Shown piece by piece: positions 50,988 to 63,437 of a stretch of DNA of 64,000 nt. Each line of letters opens with the position of its first letter. Within the stretch, counting starts at the first letter, position 1. The position numbers were made by a program, and so were the translations under genes. Source of the stretch: Escherichia coli (lineage in GTDB: Bacteria; Pseudomonadota; Gammaproteobacteria; Enterobacterales; Enterobacteriaceae); NCBI RefSeq assembly GCF_045037415.1, contig NZ_CP173438.1. The stretch is one strand, 5' to 3'. A model generated the notes under the pieces. The model was not told the DNA's origin and ran no database searches. It saw nothing but the letters and a program-made list of their open reading frames with translations.

Positions 50988-52361
50988 TTAATGGTTAGAG
51001 AACCAGTTCAATTTATCGCGCAGGCCAACAACCCGACCAATAATAATTAGCGATGGACTGTTCATTTGCTGCGCCAGTTCGCCCAGCTGCGTGAGCGTAC
51101 CGTCAATCACGCGCTGCGTGACTGCCGTTCCGTTTTCGACAATTGCTACCGGCATTTCACCAGGCATACCGTATTCAATCAGCTTTTGCTGAATAGTTGC
51201 AGCCTGATTCAGCCCCATATAAAACACCAGCGTCTGTTTTTCTGCCGCCAGGTTTTCCCAGTCCAGCTCGCCACCGGTTTTTAAGTGTCCAGTAATTAAG
51301 CGTACGCTCTGGGCATAATCGCGATGCGTGAGCGGAATACCCGAATAGGCAGAGCAACCAGAGGCTGCGGTAATACCCGGAACCACCGAGAATGGAATAC
51401 CCGCGTTGCACAGTGTTTCCAGCTCTTCGCCACCACGGCCAAAAATAAACGGATCGCCGCCTTTCAGCCGCACCACGCGTTTGCCTTTTTGCGCTTCCCG
51501 CAGCAGGATCTGGTTAATCTCTTCCTGCGGTACGCAGTGGTATCCCGCGCGTTTGCCGACGAAAACGCGATCAGCATCGCGGCGTACCAGATTCATAATA
51601 TCGTCAGAAACCAGACGGTCGTAGACCACCACATCTGCCTGCTGAATTTGTTGCAGACCTTTCAGTGTCAGCAGCCCGGCATCGCCCGGACCTGCACCAA
51701 CCAGCACCACTTCACCGCGATGATCGAGCGGTTCATTGATTAACTGTTCGGTGGTTTCAGTAATGGCTTTCTGATCGTTGTTGGCCAGCGACTGCGCCAG
51801 GCGGTCATTAACGAACAATTTCTCCCAGAAACGGCGACGCTCACCCATCGTGGCGAACTGTTGTTTCACTCGCCCGCGTAATTGCCCGGCGTATTTCGCT
51901 ACCTGGCCCAGATGTAACGGCAGCAGTGATTCGAGTTTTTCGCGCAACAGGCGCGCCAGAACCGGAGAGGTGCCGCCAGAGGAAACCGCTACCATGAGCG
52001 GCGAGCGGTCAATAATCGACGGCATAATAAAGCTGGCGGCTTTCGGCGCATCGACCACGTTACAGAAGATGCGACGAGCTTCAGCGGCTTCGCTGACGCG
52101 CTGGTTAAGCGCGTCATCATCCGTCGCTGCAATCGCCAGCCAGCAGGTGTCGAGAAGGCTTTCATCAAATGGCCCTTCGACGAGGGTTAACATGCCTGCA
52201 TCTGCCCATGCGGTGAACTGTGGAATAAACGCTAATGCATTCACCGTTAAGCGAGCGCCTGCGTCTAACAGCAACCTTGCTTTGCGTTCCGCGACATCAC
52301 CACCGCCGACAATCAGACAGTCGCGATCGCGTAATTGGCAAAATATAGGCAAATGATCCAC
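50988..52361 (-). CDS. cysG: Siroheme synthase (uroporphyrinogen-III methyltransferase / dehydrogenase / ferrochelatase)
   Basis: 457 aa; N-terminal Rossmann plus C-terminal SUMT domain. Confidence 0.95.
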   Translation of the reverse strand: MDHLPIFCQLRDRDCLIVGGGDVAERKARLLLDAGARLTVNALAFIPQFTAWADAGMLTLVEGPFDESLLDTCWLAIAATDDDALNQRVSEAAEARRIFCNVVDAPKAASFIMPSIIDRSPLMVAVSSGGTSPVLARLLREKLESLLPLHLGQVAKYAGQLRGRVKQQFATMGERRRFWEKLFVNDRLAQSLANNDQKAITETTEQLINEPLDHRGEVVLVGAGPGDAGLLTLKGLQQIQQADVVVYDRLVSDDIMNLVRRDADRVFVGKRAGYHCVPQEEINQILLREAQKGKRVVRLKGGDPFIFGRGGEELETLCNAGIPFSVVPGITAASGCSAYSGIPLTHRDYAQSVRLITGHLKTGGELDWENLAAEKQTLVFYMGLNQAATIQQKLIEYGMPGEMPVAIVENGTAVTQRVIDGTLTQLGELAQQMNSPSLIIIGRVVGLRDKLNWFSNH

Positions 52362-52379
52362 GTAAAAACCCCTTAATAA

Positions 52380-53186
52380 TTAACCGGCAGCCGTTTCAGT
52401 TTGATTAAATTTGTCCGCAACCGGACGATTCGCTTTCGGCGTAGCATACCAATAACCCAATCCCATGAATACGGCACCCGATAAAGTATTACCCAGCGTC
52501 ACCCACAGCAGGTTATGACCAATACCCGCCAGCGTGTAGGCTTCGCTGTGGTTGCCGAACCAGGAGAGGGCGAACAGCGTCATGTTAGCGATGGAGTGCT
52601 CGTAGCCGGACGCGATAAATGCCAGCAAACACCACCAGATAGCGATAAATTTCGCCGCCCCTTCAGTGCGCAGCGCCATCCAGATTGCCAGGCAAACCAG
52701 CCAGTTACACAATGCACCTTTGAAGAACAGTACCATTGCCGGTGCAGTGGTTTTAGCCAGCGCGACGGAGTGAACGATGCTGGTATCGACCGGCAGCAGG
52801 CTACCGCCACCCCAGCTATAGAGCATGGCAACAAAGACGGAACCGACCAGGTTACCCAGCCAGGTTTGCGGCAGGATTGCCCACATTTGCCCGTGGCTGA
52901 TAGTGCCCGCTTTCACTCCAAAGGTGAGGAACATGGTGTGTCCGGTGAACAGTTCAGAACCGGCGATAATCACCAGCGTTAAGGCGATACCAAAGGTCGC
53001 ACCCATCACCAGAGGACGTACGGACGGGTCGAGCAAATTACCGAGCGTGAAAATCAGGATGATCCCAAGACCCACATACGCGCCCGCCATGGCGGAGCTG
53101 ACCCAAAAGCCGAGCGGGTTATTTGCCGACAGGCGTGCAATGCGCGCAGCGTTAGCCGCACACTTAGTAATAGTGTCTGTAAACAT
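52380..53186 (-). CDS. nirC: Nitrite transporter NirC (FNT family)
   Basis: 268 aa formate/nitrite transporter fold. Confidence 0.94.
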   Translation of the reverse strand: MFTDTITKCAANAARIARLSANNPLGFWVSSAMAGAYVGLGIILIFTLGNLLDPSVRPLVMGATFGIALTLVIIAGSELFTGHTMFLTFGVKAGTISHGQMWAILPQTWLGNLVGSVFVAMLYSWGGGSLLPVDTSIVHSVALAKTTAPAMVLFFKGALCNWLVCLAIWMALRTEGAAKFIAIWWCLLAFIASGYEHSIANMTLFALSWFGNHSEAYTLAGIGHNLLWVTLGNTLSGAVFMGLGYWYATPKANRPVADKFNQTETAAG

Positions 53187-53312
53187 TTGATTATCCTTTA
53201 AAAAATAAAAACAAAAAATAAAACAAAAAGTTTAAAAAATGTCCTGCAATATACCGAAGGTTATTACAGGACCATGCAAAAAGGGGGAGGCATTGCGCCT
53301 CCCGTTAAAATA

Positions 53313-53639
53313 TTAACCGCGCAGCTGCACCACGCCGTCTTTCACTCGCGCGTCGTAATGCTTGACGGAAAACTGTTCGTCTTCCATGCACAAGCCGTCG
53401 CTTAAGCGAAAACGCTGCTTTTTCAGCGGGCTGGCGACCCACAGCTCGCCCTGGTGTTCCGCAATCAGCCCGCGTGACAGCACGCTGGACTCGAAGAACG
53501 GATCGATGTTGCTGATCGCAAACACCTGGTCGCTGTGATACGGGCGGAAAATTGCTACTTGTTCGTCACCTAACAGCGCGCAGACGCCGGTTTCAGGCAG
53601 GATGTCATCGATTTTGCAGATGTCTTTCCACTGGCTCAT
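53313..53639 (-). CDS. nirD: Nitrite reductase small subunit (Rieske-like)
   Basis: 108 aa; overlaps nirB stop by 4 bp. Confidence 0.94.
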   Translation of the reverse strand: MSQWKDICKIDDILPETGVCALLGDEQVAIFRPYHSDQVFAISNIDPFFESSVLSRGLIAEHQGELWVASPLKKQRFRLSDGLCMEDEQFSVKHYDARVKDGVVQLRG

Positions 53640-56179
53640 GCGTTGTCCTCCACCAGAGTTACCGGGATACGTTCATACGGCGTTGCCGGACGGTGCTGTT
53701 CGCGCTCTGGCACCATCTGCACGTTCGGGTCACGCTTGTCGCTGTTGATGAAGTGTTTGAAGCGAGTCTGCGCAGACGGGGTATTGACCGTTTCAGTCCA
53801 CTCACACACTACCGCTTCACGCAGGCGCGCCATCTCTTCTTCCAGATGTGCGTTCAGCCCCAGTTTGTCGTCAATGATCACCGCTTTCAGGTAATCGATG
53901 CCACCTTCGAGGTTTTCTAACCACGGCGCGGTACGCGTCAGTTTGTCGGCAGTACGGATGTAGAACATCATGAAGCGGTCAAGATATTTAATCAGCGTTT
54001 CGCGATCGATATCCGCTGCCAGCAGATCCGCATGACGCGGTTTCATGCCGCCGTTACCGCAAACATACAGGTTCCAGCCTTTTTCAGTGGCGATAATACC
54101 CACGTCTTTACCCTGAGCTTCTGAACATTCACGGGTACAGCCGGAGACACCGAACTTCATTTTGTGCGGCGTACGGATGCCTTTGTAGCGATTTTCCAGT
54201 TCCACGCCGAGGCCGACGCTGTCGCCAACGCCATAGCGGCACCAGGTGCTACCCACGCAGGTTTTCGCCATACGCAGTGCTTTCGCATAGGCATGACCGG
54301 TTTCGAAACCTGCTTCAATCAGCTGACGCCAGATCTCCGGCAGATCGTCTTTCTGTGCGCCAAACATCGCCAGGCGCTGGGAGCCGGTGATTTTGGTGTA
54401 GAGATTAAATTCACGCGCGATACGACCCACTGCCATCAGCCCTTCCGGGGTGATTTCACCACCCGGAGAACGCGGGATCACCGAGTAGGTGCCGTCTTTT
54501 TGGATGTTAGCGAGGAAGTTGTCGTTAGAATCCTGCAGCGGAGTATGTTCCGGCTTCAGAATGTATTCGTTCCAGCAGGAGGCCAGCAGCGAACCGACGG
54601 TCGGTTTACAAACTTCACAACCGTAACCTTTGCCGTGTTTCGCCAGCAGTTCTTCGAAGGTTTTAATGCCTTCAACGCGGATCAAATGGAACAGTTCCTG
54701 ACGCGAATAAGCAAAGTGTTCACACAGGTTGTTGTTAACTTCGATACCCTGTTTCGCCAGTTCCGCGTTCAGTACCTGAGTGACCAGCGGAATACAACCG
54801 CCGCAGCCCGTACCGGCTTTGGTTTCGGCTTTCAGCGCCGCAACGGTGTGGCAGCCTTTGTTGATAGCAGCAATCAGGTCGCCTTTGGTGACGTCGAAGC
54901 AGGAGCAGATTTGCGCGCTGTCCGGCAGTTTATCAACACCGATAGACGGCTTACCGCTACCCGAGTGCGCCGGCAGAATCAGAGAATCCGGGTTTTCCGG
55001 CAGTTCGATAGCGTTCAGCACCAGTTGCAGCAGGTTGCCGTAGTCGCTGGTATCGCCCACCAGTACCGCACCGAGCAGGGTTTTGTTGTCTTCGCTGACA
55101 ATCAGGCGTTTGTAGATCTCTTTGCTTTCGTCGAGGTAAACGTAGCTACGTGCGCCAGGCGTGCGACCGTGCGCATCACCAATACCGCCTACGTCTACGC
55201 CCAGCAGTTTCAGCTTGGCGCTAAGGTCTGCACCTTCAAAGGCGTTTTCGCTACCAAGAATATGGTCAACGGCGACCTGCGCCATTTTGTAGCCTGGTGC
55301 TACCAGACCAAATACACGGTTGTTCCAGCTTGCGCATTCACCGATGGCGTAGATATCCGGATCGGAAGTCTGGCAGGAATCATTTATGACGATACCCCCA
55401 CGCGGAGCAACGTCCAGACCACACTGGGTTGCCAGCTTATCGCGCGGACGGATACCGGTAGAGAAGACGATAAAGTCGACTTCCAGTTCGCTGCCGTCGG
55501 CAAAACGCATGGTTTTACGCGCTTCAACACCTTCCTGCACAATCTCAAGAGTGTTTTTGCTGGTGTGAACGCGCACGCCCATACTTTCGATTTTGCGACG
55601 CAGCTGCTCGCCGCCCATCTGATCAAGCTGTTCCGCCATCAGCATAGGGGCAAATTCGATAACGTGGGTTTCAATGCCTAAGTTTTTCAGCGCGCCAGCG
55701 GCTTCCAGACCTAACAGGCCGCCACCAACAACGGCACCGCGTTTGCTGCGACGGGCGCAGGATTCAATGGCGTTGAGGTCTTCAATAGTGCGATAGACAA
55801 AGCAGTCCTGAGTATCAGAACCTTTGATTGGCGGGATCCACGGGTAGGAACCGGTCGCCATGATCAGCTTGTCATAAAAAACGGTACGTCCGGCGCTGGA
55901 GTGAATCACCTTCTCCTGACGGTTGATGGTGATAGCGCGTTCGCCGACCAGAACTTTGATGCCGTGTTTCTCGTAGAAGCCTTCGCGCACCAGCGACAGC
56001 TCTTCGGCGGTGTGGTGAGAGAAGTAAGACGAGAGGTGTACGCGGTCATAAGCGATGCGCGGTTCTTCACAGAAAACGGTAATATCAAAGTTGGCCGCAT
56101 CAGATTTATCAAGAAGATCTTCGATAAAGCGATGGCCGACCATACCGTTACCGATAATTGCGAGTCTGACTTTGCTCAT
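53636..56179 (-). CDS. nirB: NADH-dependent nitrite reductase large subunit
   Basis: 847 aa; FAD/NAD Rossmann folds, Fe-S and siroheme-binding Cys motifs. Confidence 0.96.
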   Translation of the reverse strand: MSKVRLAIIGNGMVGHRFIEDLLDKSDAANFDITVFCEEPRIAYDRVHLSSYFSHHTAEELSLVREGFYEKHGIKVLVGERAITINRQEKVIHSSAGRTVFYDKLIMATGSYPWIPPIKGSDTQDCFVYRTIEDLNAIESCARRSKRGAVVGGGLLGLEAAGALKNLGIETHVIEFAPMLMAEQLDQMGGEQLRRKIESMGVRVHTSKNTLEIVQEGVEARKTMRFADGSELEVDFIVFSTGIRPRDKLATQCGLDVAPRGGIVINDSCQTSDPDIYAIGECASWNNRVFGLVAPGYKMAQVAVDHILGSENAFEGADLSAKLKLLGVDVGGIGDAHGRTPGARSYVYLDESKEIYKRLIVSEDNKTLLGAVLVGDTSDYGNLLQLVLNAIELPENPDSLILPAHSGSGKPSIGVDKLPDSAQICSCFDVTKGDLIAAINKGCHTVAALKAETKAGTGCGGCIPLVTQVLNAELAKQGIEVNNNLCEHFAYSRQELFHLIRVEGIKTFEELLAKHGKGYGCEVCKPTVGSLLASCWNEYILKPEHTPLQDSNDNFLANIQKDGTYSVIPRSPGGEITPEGLMAVGRIAREFNLYTKITGSQRLAMFGAQKDDLPEIWRQLIEAGFETGHAYAKALRMAKTCVGSTWCRYGVGDSVGLGVELENRYKGIRTPHKMKFGVSGCTRECSEAQGKDVGIIATEKGWNLYVCGNGGMKPRHADLLAADIDRETLIKYLDRFMMFYIRTADKLTRTAPWLENLEGGIDYLKAVIIDDKLGLNAHLEEEMARLREAVVCEWTETVNTPSAQTRFKHFINSDKRDPNVQMVPEREQHRPATPYERIPVTLVEDNA

Positions 56180-56237
56180 TTTTGCCTCGATTTCTTTTCT
56201 ATTACCGCCTACCTTAACGATTCAGCAACCCCGCTTA

Positions 56238-56251
56238 TTGATGTAAATCAA
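56238..56251 (-). promoter_or_regulatory. FNR site of the nirB promoter
   Basis: ttgatgtaaatcaa (TTGAT-N4-ATCAA) about 60 bp upstream of nirB ATG; adjacent taccccttaaggagta inverted heptamers (56262-56281) fit a NarL/NarP 7-2-7 site. Confidence 0.7.
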
Positions 56252-56440
56252 ATTCACCTTTATATACTCCTTAAGGGGTATATTGCTGATTTGTATAAAT
56301 TTTCTTAAGTCACGGAATTGTCTGATATTTCATGTTTGTGCAAAAAACAGACAAATTGAACGGGTTTATAGAAATAGATGCACGTAGCAGGGTAAGAGAG
56401 GAAAAGGCCGGACGACGATAGTGCCGCCCGGCATGAACAA

Positions 56441-57622
56441 TTAATGAGAGGTCAGGGTGTTATGCTGACGGTGACGGCTGACGAAACCTAACAGGAAGCA
56501 CATCACAAAGACGACAGCGTACAGACCGTTTGCCGTCAGCAGCGCCGCCTGCGGACCACTATGTTCAACAATCGGGCCGGTAACCACAAAGGTCAACATA
56601 GTACCGATGGTCCCGCAGGTCAGGACAAAGTTAACCAGTTTTGGCGACGGTACTTTGGTCTGCTGTGAACCCAGGGTGATGATGGTGGTATAGATCGCGC
56701 TGGAGAAGAAGCCCAGGGCGAGAATTGACCACGCCATATGTGCCGGTGTTCCGGTGTTAAAGACGTACATCAGAATCGCAGCCAGACCAGCCAGTACGGT
56801 CAGGATACGTTGCAAATCAAAGAAGCGAAGAATAAAGCTGAATGCCCACATGCCGACCATGTACGACATCCAGAAGTTACTTACCAGCGTGCCTGCGTCG
56901 TTCAGGCTCATGCCCAGGCCTTTGGCATATTCCGGCACCCAGGAGATAAAACCTAACTGACCGAGGATGTAGCACAGCGCCGCAACAGAGAGAAACAGTA
57001 CGCCGATCCCCCACTTTTCTTTCTCTACCGGAGCATCCGTTTTGGGCGCATGTTTGCCCAGCGCCGGGAACTCACAGCCGAAGGTCAGAATAAAAATAGC
57101 GACATACACCAGCCCGATGCAGGCATAAACCCAGTACCACTCAATGCTACGCGCCAGCAGAAATGCGGCGATCATTGGGAAAATCATCCCGGCCATACTG
57201 AAGAAGGAGTCGGTAAATAACAGGCGTGAACCGCGCTGACGTCCTTCATACATTTGTGTTACCAGGAATGTACCAATCGACATGGTGATGCCGCTGACCA
57301 CCCCGAGAATGAACATCGCCGCCGAGAACAGCGCCAGGCTGTGGCTGAACATCAAACCGGCAACCGCCAGCACCATCAGGAGAAAGCCAAAACGTAACTG
57401 CGTTTTCAACGGGACGATTTCCATCAGCCAGGCGTTGAGGAAGATAGAGATTAAAATGCCGGCATTGAGGAAGGTGAAGGTGTTACTCATGCTGGAAACA
57501 GGCAGATTGAAATAATCGGCGATATTTCCCATCACCATCCCGGTGACAATAACCAACGCACCGGTCAGTGCGTAGGAAAGAAAGCTAATCCATGTGAGCT
57601 TGATGCGATTGCTGTTAGTCAT
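56441..57622 (-). CDS. tsgA: MFS transporter TsgA
   Basis: 393 aa polytopic MFS-like ORF divergent from nirB. Confidence 0.9.
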
Positions 57623-57883
57623 GATTGGCCTGCGTTCAAAAATAAAATGGCATAGCGGGCTATGCCGCGAGCGGGCGATTTTAGGCGATTTTGTGATCTG
57701 ATTAAATGTTTTATTGCAATCGGTTGCTAAATTGCATTTTAAGAGGTGATTTTGATCACGGAATAAAAAGTTATCCTCAGGTTACATATATTTCAGATAC
57801 GTAAAATTAGGTAAAGGGATGGCCTTGTTCTTGAAGGCTATTTAGAATCTCTTCACTTGCTTTTTTTCTGCTCTGTTTGTTAA

Positions 57884-58465
<582 letters not shown>

Positions 58466-58569
58466 TGATTTCTCGCGCGGGCAATCTTGCCCGCGCTTCT
58501 GCTCTCCCGGCGTAACCCGGATTTGCCGCTTATACTTGTGGCAAATGGACACGTTCAGGGAGGCATCAA

Positions 58570-58737
58570 GTGAAGAAACTCACCGATAAGCAAAAGTCCC
58601 GTCTCTGGGAGCTTCAGCGTAATCGTAATTTCCAGGCCAGTCGCCGTCTTGAAGGCGTCGAGATGCCTTTAGTCACTCTTACTGCCGCAGAGGCTTTAGC
58701 GCGCCTTGAAGCGCTGAGGAGGCACTATGAGCGATAA
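58570..58737 (+). CDS. yhfG: YhfG, small protein (FicA-type antitoxin-like partner of Fic)
   Basis: Not in ORF track (55 aa, GTG start): (M)[54 protein letters not shown]; overlaps fic start by 11 bp. Confidence 0.75.
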   Translation: MKKLTDKQKSRLWELQRNRNFQASRRLEGVEMPLVTLTAAEALARLEALRRHYER

Positions 58738-59329
58738 ATTCGGCGAAGGGCGCGATCCATATCTCTACCCGGGTCTCGATATCATGCGTAACAAGCTCAA
58801 CATCCGCCAGCAGCAGCGGCTGGAACAGGCCGCTTACGAAATGACGGCGCTGCGTGCTGCGACCATTGAGCTTGGTCCGCTGGTGCGCGGTTTACCGCAT
58901 TTGCGCACTATCCATCGCCAGCTGTATCAGGATATTTTCGACTGGGCAGGGCAACTGCGTGAAGTTGATATTTATCAGGGAGATACGCCGTTCTGCCACT
59001 TTGCCTATCTCGAAAAAGAGGGCAATGCCCTGATGCAGGATTTGGAGGAAGAGAAGTATCTGACTAGCCTTGAGAAAGATAAATTCGTCGAGCGGTTGGC
59101 GCATTACTATTGTGAAATCAACGTGCTGCATCCCTTCCGGGTGGGAAGTGGTTTGGCACAGCGGATCTTCTTCGAGCAACTGGCGATTCATGCCGGATAT
59201 CAACTGAGCTGGCAGGGTATCGAAAAAGAGGCCTGGAATCAGGCAAATCAGAATGGGGCAATGGGGGATCTCACCGCGCTGCAGATGATATTTAGCAAAG
59301 TGGTAAGCGAAGTCGGGGAATCTGAGTAA
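58727..59329 (+). CDS. fic: Fic-family protein (filamentation induced by cAMP)
   Basis: 200 aa; Fic fold with motif region reading [12 protein letters not shown]. Confidence 0.9.
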   Translation: MSDKFGEGRDPYLYPGLDIMRNKLNIRQQQRLEQAAYEMTALRAATIELGPLVRGLPHLRTIHRQLYQDIFDWAGQLREVDIYQGDTPFCHFAYLEKEGNALMQDLEEEKYLTSLEKDKFVERLAHYYCEINVLHPFRVGSGLAQRIFFEQLAIHAGYQLSWQGIEKEAWNQANQNGAMGDLTALQMIFSKVVSEVGESE

Positions 59330-59360
59330 AATAGCGCGGTTCTTTCGTACCGGAGCCGCC

Positions 59361-59924
59361 ATGATCCTGCTTATTGATAACTACGATTCTTTTACCTGGA
59401 ACCTCTACCAGTACTTTTGTGAACTGGGGGCGGATGTGTTGGTTAAGCGCAACGATGCGTTGACGTTGGCGGATATCGACGCCCTTAAACCACAAAAAAT
59501 TGTCATCTCACCCGGCCCCTGTACGCCAGATGAAGCCGGGATCTCCCTTGACGTTATTCGTCACTATGCCGGGCGTTTGCCGATTCTTGGCGTCTGCCTC
59601 GGTCACCAGGCAATGGCACAGGCATTTGGCGGCAAAGTTGTGCGCGCCGCAAAGGTCATGCACGGCAAAACCTCGCCGATTACACATAATGGTGTGGGCG
59701 TATTTAAGGGGCTGGCAAATCCACTCACCGTGACACGCTACCATTCGCTGGTGGTGGAACCTGACTCATTACCGGAGTGCTTTGAAGTGACGGCCTGGAG
59801 CGAAACCCGCGAGATTATGGGGATTCGCCATCGCCAGTGGGATCTGGAAGGTGTGCAATTCCATCCAGAAAGTATTCTTAGCGAACAAGGACATCAACTG
59901 CTGGCTAATTTCCTGCATCGCTGA
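59361..59924 (+). CDS. pabA: Aminodeoxychorismate synthase component II (glutamine amidotransferase)
   Basis: 187 aa class I GATase (GVCLGHQ catalytic Cys). Confidence 0.95.
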   Translation: MILLIDNYDSFTWNLYQYFCELGADVLVKRNDALTLADIDALKPQKIVISPGPCTPDEAGISLDVIRHYAGRLPILGVCLGHQAMAQAFGGKVVRAAKVMHGKTSPITHNGVGVFKGLANPLTVTRYHSLVVEPDSLPECFEVTAWSETREIMGIRHRQWDLEGVQFHPESILSEQGHQLLANFLHR

Positions 59925-59940
59925 TTTCTGATTGCTATTA

Positions 59941-59979
59941 AGTGATTTTTTATGCATATTTTGTGATTATAATTTCACA
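59941..59979 (+). promoter_or_regulatory. Candidate ARG boxes (ArgR operator) upstream of argD
   Basis: tgtgattataatttcaca fits the ARG box consensus TNTGAATWWWWATTCANW with about 2 mismatches; a weaker adjacent box at 59941-59958. Confidence 0.5.
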
Positions 59980-59994
59980 TTGGTTTATGCGTAA

Positions 59995-61230
<1,236 letters not shown>

Positions 61231-61296
61231 ATAAGACGCATCAGGCAAAAGATGTCGGATGCGGCGTGAACACCTCATCCGATGGTTTAGCCTGTA

Positions 61297-63399
61297 TTAC
61301 GCCTTCGAATCCCGCAACTTGCGACTCAGCCAAATCCCGTGATGCGGTCGCTGCCGCCATGCCATCGACGAAATGGTGTGCATGGTGTTCAGATGGCCAA
61401 TAACCCGTTGTAAATGCTGCTCCAGCGTACCTGCCGCGCCTTCGTGCGGCTGCATCTCCGGCGCATCCATGATATTGGCATCGCCAGAACTACCCGGTTC
61501 GTCATACTCCAGTCGCTGCTGACAACGCTGAATGGCGATTTCACAAGACTGTAAATACTCTTGTGCCAGTTCCGGTGGCAATGCCCGGTGTTCCCGCGCC
61601 AGCGTGGTCATGGCATTAATATGCTCAACAATAAACTGGCTGTGCGTTACCCACAGTTTCATATCTGCCAGATAATGGCTGTTAAACGCCGGTTCCTGCA
61701 TCGCCTGATTCAATGAGTTATACAGAGTATTATGCGCCTGATTTACCCGCATTCGCTGCCAGGCCAGTGGAGTAGGTTGCGGGTCCTCGCTCAGAATCAA
61801 GCGAATCGCGTCCTGATAGGCTTCTAAAGCGTCATGGGCGTTCTTACGCAATAACCCGCTCTGCCACTGCGGCCACAGCCAGACAGTACCGCCGAAAGCA
61901 ATTAAACAACCAATAATGGTATCGATAAGACGCGGAAGGATGTACTGCTCACCGTTCAGCCACAACAGTTGCAGGGTATACACTGCGGTAATAGTAAAAC
62001 CGACCGTCGCCCAGCCGTAGTTTTTGCGCAATATCAGGTAGCTGGCGAGGGTGGTAATCAGCATCAAGGTCAGGGTGTAACCTTCGGGAATTTTAAAGTG
62101 TAGCGCCACGCCTGCAATGATTAACCCGACCACGGTTCCTACGGAGCGATTTACAATCCTCAGACGGGTTGCGCCATAGCCATTTTGCGTCACCAGCAAT
62201 ACTGTCATCAGGATCCAGTACGACTTCGGCAGATGCAGCGCGGTGCCCATCAGGCTGGCAACGCTTAACATCACACTGAGTCGTCCGGCATTGCGTAGCG
62301 CTGGAGACTTTAGTGACAGATAACTTTTCAGCGCCGGAAGTAATGGCATTCGCCGCTGTTTATCGGCCAGTAAGTCACGGGCATAGAGCGGTTTTTGGGT
62401 GCGCAGCACACGAGCAATGCGGCTGAAATGCCAGTAGCAGAATTGCCCAACCGGATTATCCGGGTGTTGGCGGGCGATTTTTTCCAGTGCGCCAATTTGC
62501 TTTTCCATCGTAAAACGCGTTGGCAGGCGATGGTAAAGAATGTCATCAGCCAGCACGCGCAGGCGAGCGGCGACGGTTTGCGCATTCCAGCGGATAACTT
62601 CTTCCGCATGGCTACGCTCGACCAGCTTTTGCACCTCTTCCGGCTGATGCAAACTGACCGAAATATGTTCCTGCAAATCCAGCGCCTCCTGGAAAATACG
62701 CAGCATCCGCTTGTAATCGGTATTATTTTGCGCGGAAAGCATATGCATTTGCTGATAGCACTGGGTAATTAGATCGACCGCTTTTTGCTGGCGCACCAGC
62801 AGCGGCGGCAGCGCTTTTTCAGGGTCGGTGTGCTGGGTAAGCAGGCTGTATTTGGCTTCACAGTAATCTGCCAGTTCACGGTACAGCAGACTTAGTGACT
62901 CGCGTAGCGGTTGTTCGCGCCAGATCCAGAACCAAAACCAGTTAAACAATCCGTACCACAAAGTGCCCAGCGCATAGATGAGCAACGGTTCCCAGACCGG
63001 CATGTATCCCGCCAGACTGAGGGTAAAAATGGCGGCGAGCAGCGATGCGGGAAGCAATTTTGCGTGCAATGGCCCCAGCTCAGCAGTGACGCCAAGTACC
63101 AGCGTTAATCCGGTCAGCAAAAAGGGCAGGGGAACATCTTTTGCCAGTAGCACCTGTGTCAGCAAGCTACAGGTGGCAAACAGCGACGCACCAATGATTA
63201 AGCGTTTGAAAAAACGTTTATGAGGCGTATCAAGGCCCGCAATATTGCAACAGGCAGGAACGAGGGAGAAGAGCAGGCCGAATCGTAATTCGCCAAGCAT
63301 TAACCCAACGGCCACGGGCAAACATAGCACCAGCGTTTGTCGAAGTGCATAGTTGATATCGGGGTGATAAATCAGTCTGCGCCACATCGGGGGAAACAA
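61297..63399 (-). CDS. yhfK: YhfK, FUSC-like inner membrane protein
   Basis: 700 aa; two hydrophobic blocks separated by a soluble region. Confidence 0.85.
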   Translation of the reverse strand: MFPPMWRRLIYHPDINYALRQTLVLCLPVAVGLMLGELRFGLLFSLVPACCNIAGLDTPHKRFFKRLIIGASLFATCSLLTQVLLAKDVPLPFLLTGLTLVLGVTAELGPLHAKLLPASLLAAIFTLSLAGYMPVWEPLLIYALGTLWYGLFNWFWFWIWREQPLRESLSLLYRELADYCEAKYSLLTQHTDPEKALPPLLVRQQKAVDLITQCYQQMHMLSAQNNTDYKRMLRIFQEALDLQEHISVSLHQPEEVQKLVERSHAEEVIRWNAQTVAARLRVLADDILYHRLPTRFTMEKQIGALEKIARQHPDNPVGQFCYWHFSRIARVLRTQKPLYARDLLADKQRRMPLLPALKSYLSLKSPALRNAGRLSVMLSVASLMGTALHLPKSYWILMTVLLVTQNGYGATRLRIVNRSVGTVVGLIIAGVALHFKIPEGYTLTLMLITTLASYLILRKNYGWATVGFTITAVYTLQLLWLNGEQYILPRLIDTIIGCLIAFGGTVWLWPQWQSGLLRKNAHDALEAYQDAIRLILSEDPQPTPLAWQRMRVNQAHNTLYNSLNQAMQEPAFNSHYLADMKLWVTHSQFIVEHINAMTTLAREHRALPPELAQEYLQSCEIAIQRCQQRLEYDEPGSSGDANIMDAPEMQPHEGAAGTLEQHLQRVIGHLNTMHTISSMAWRQRPHHGIWLSRKLRDSKA

Positions 63400-63437
63400 A
63401 ATGGCGCGCTACCAGGTAACGCGCCACTCTGACGGGA

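Noticed and set aside
54164-55681. 505 aa plus-strand ORF inside nirB
   Set aside because: Antisense to the highly conserved nirB frame; low-complexity Arg/Ala/Thr-rich translation typical of a GC-rich shadow ORF.
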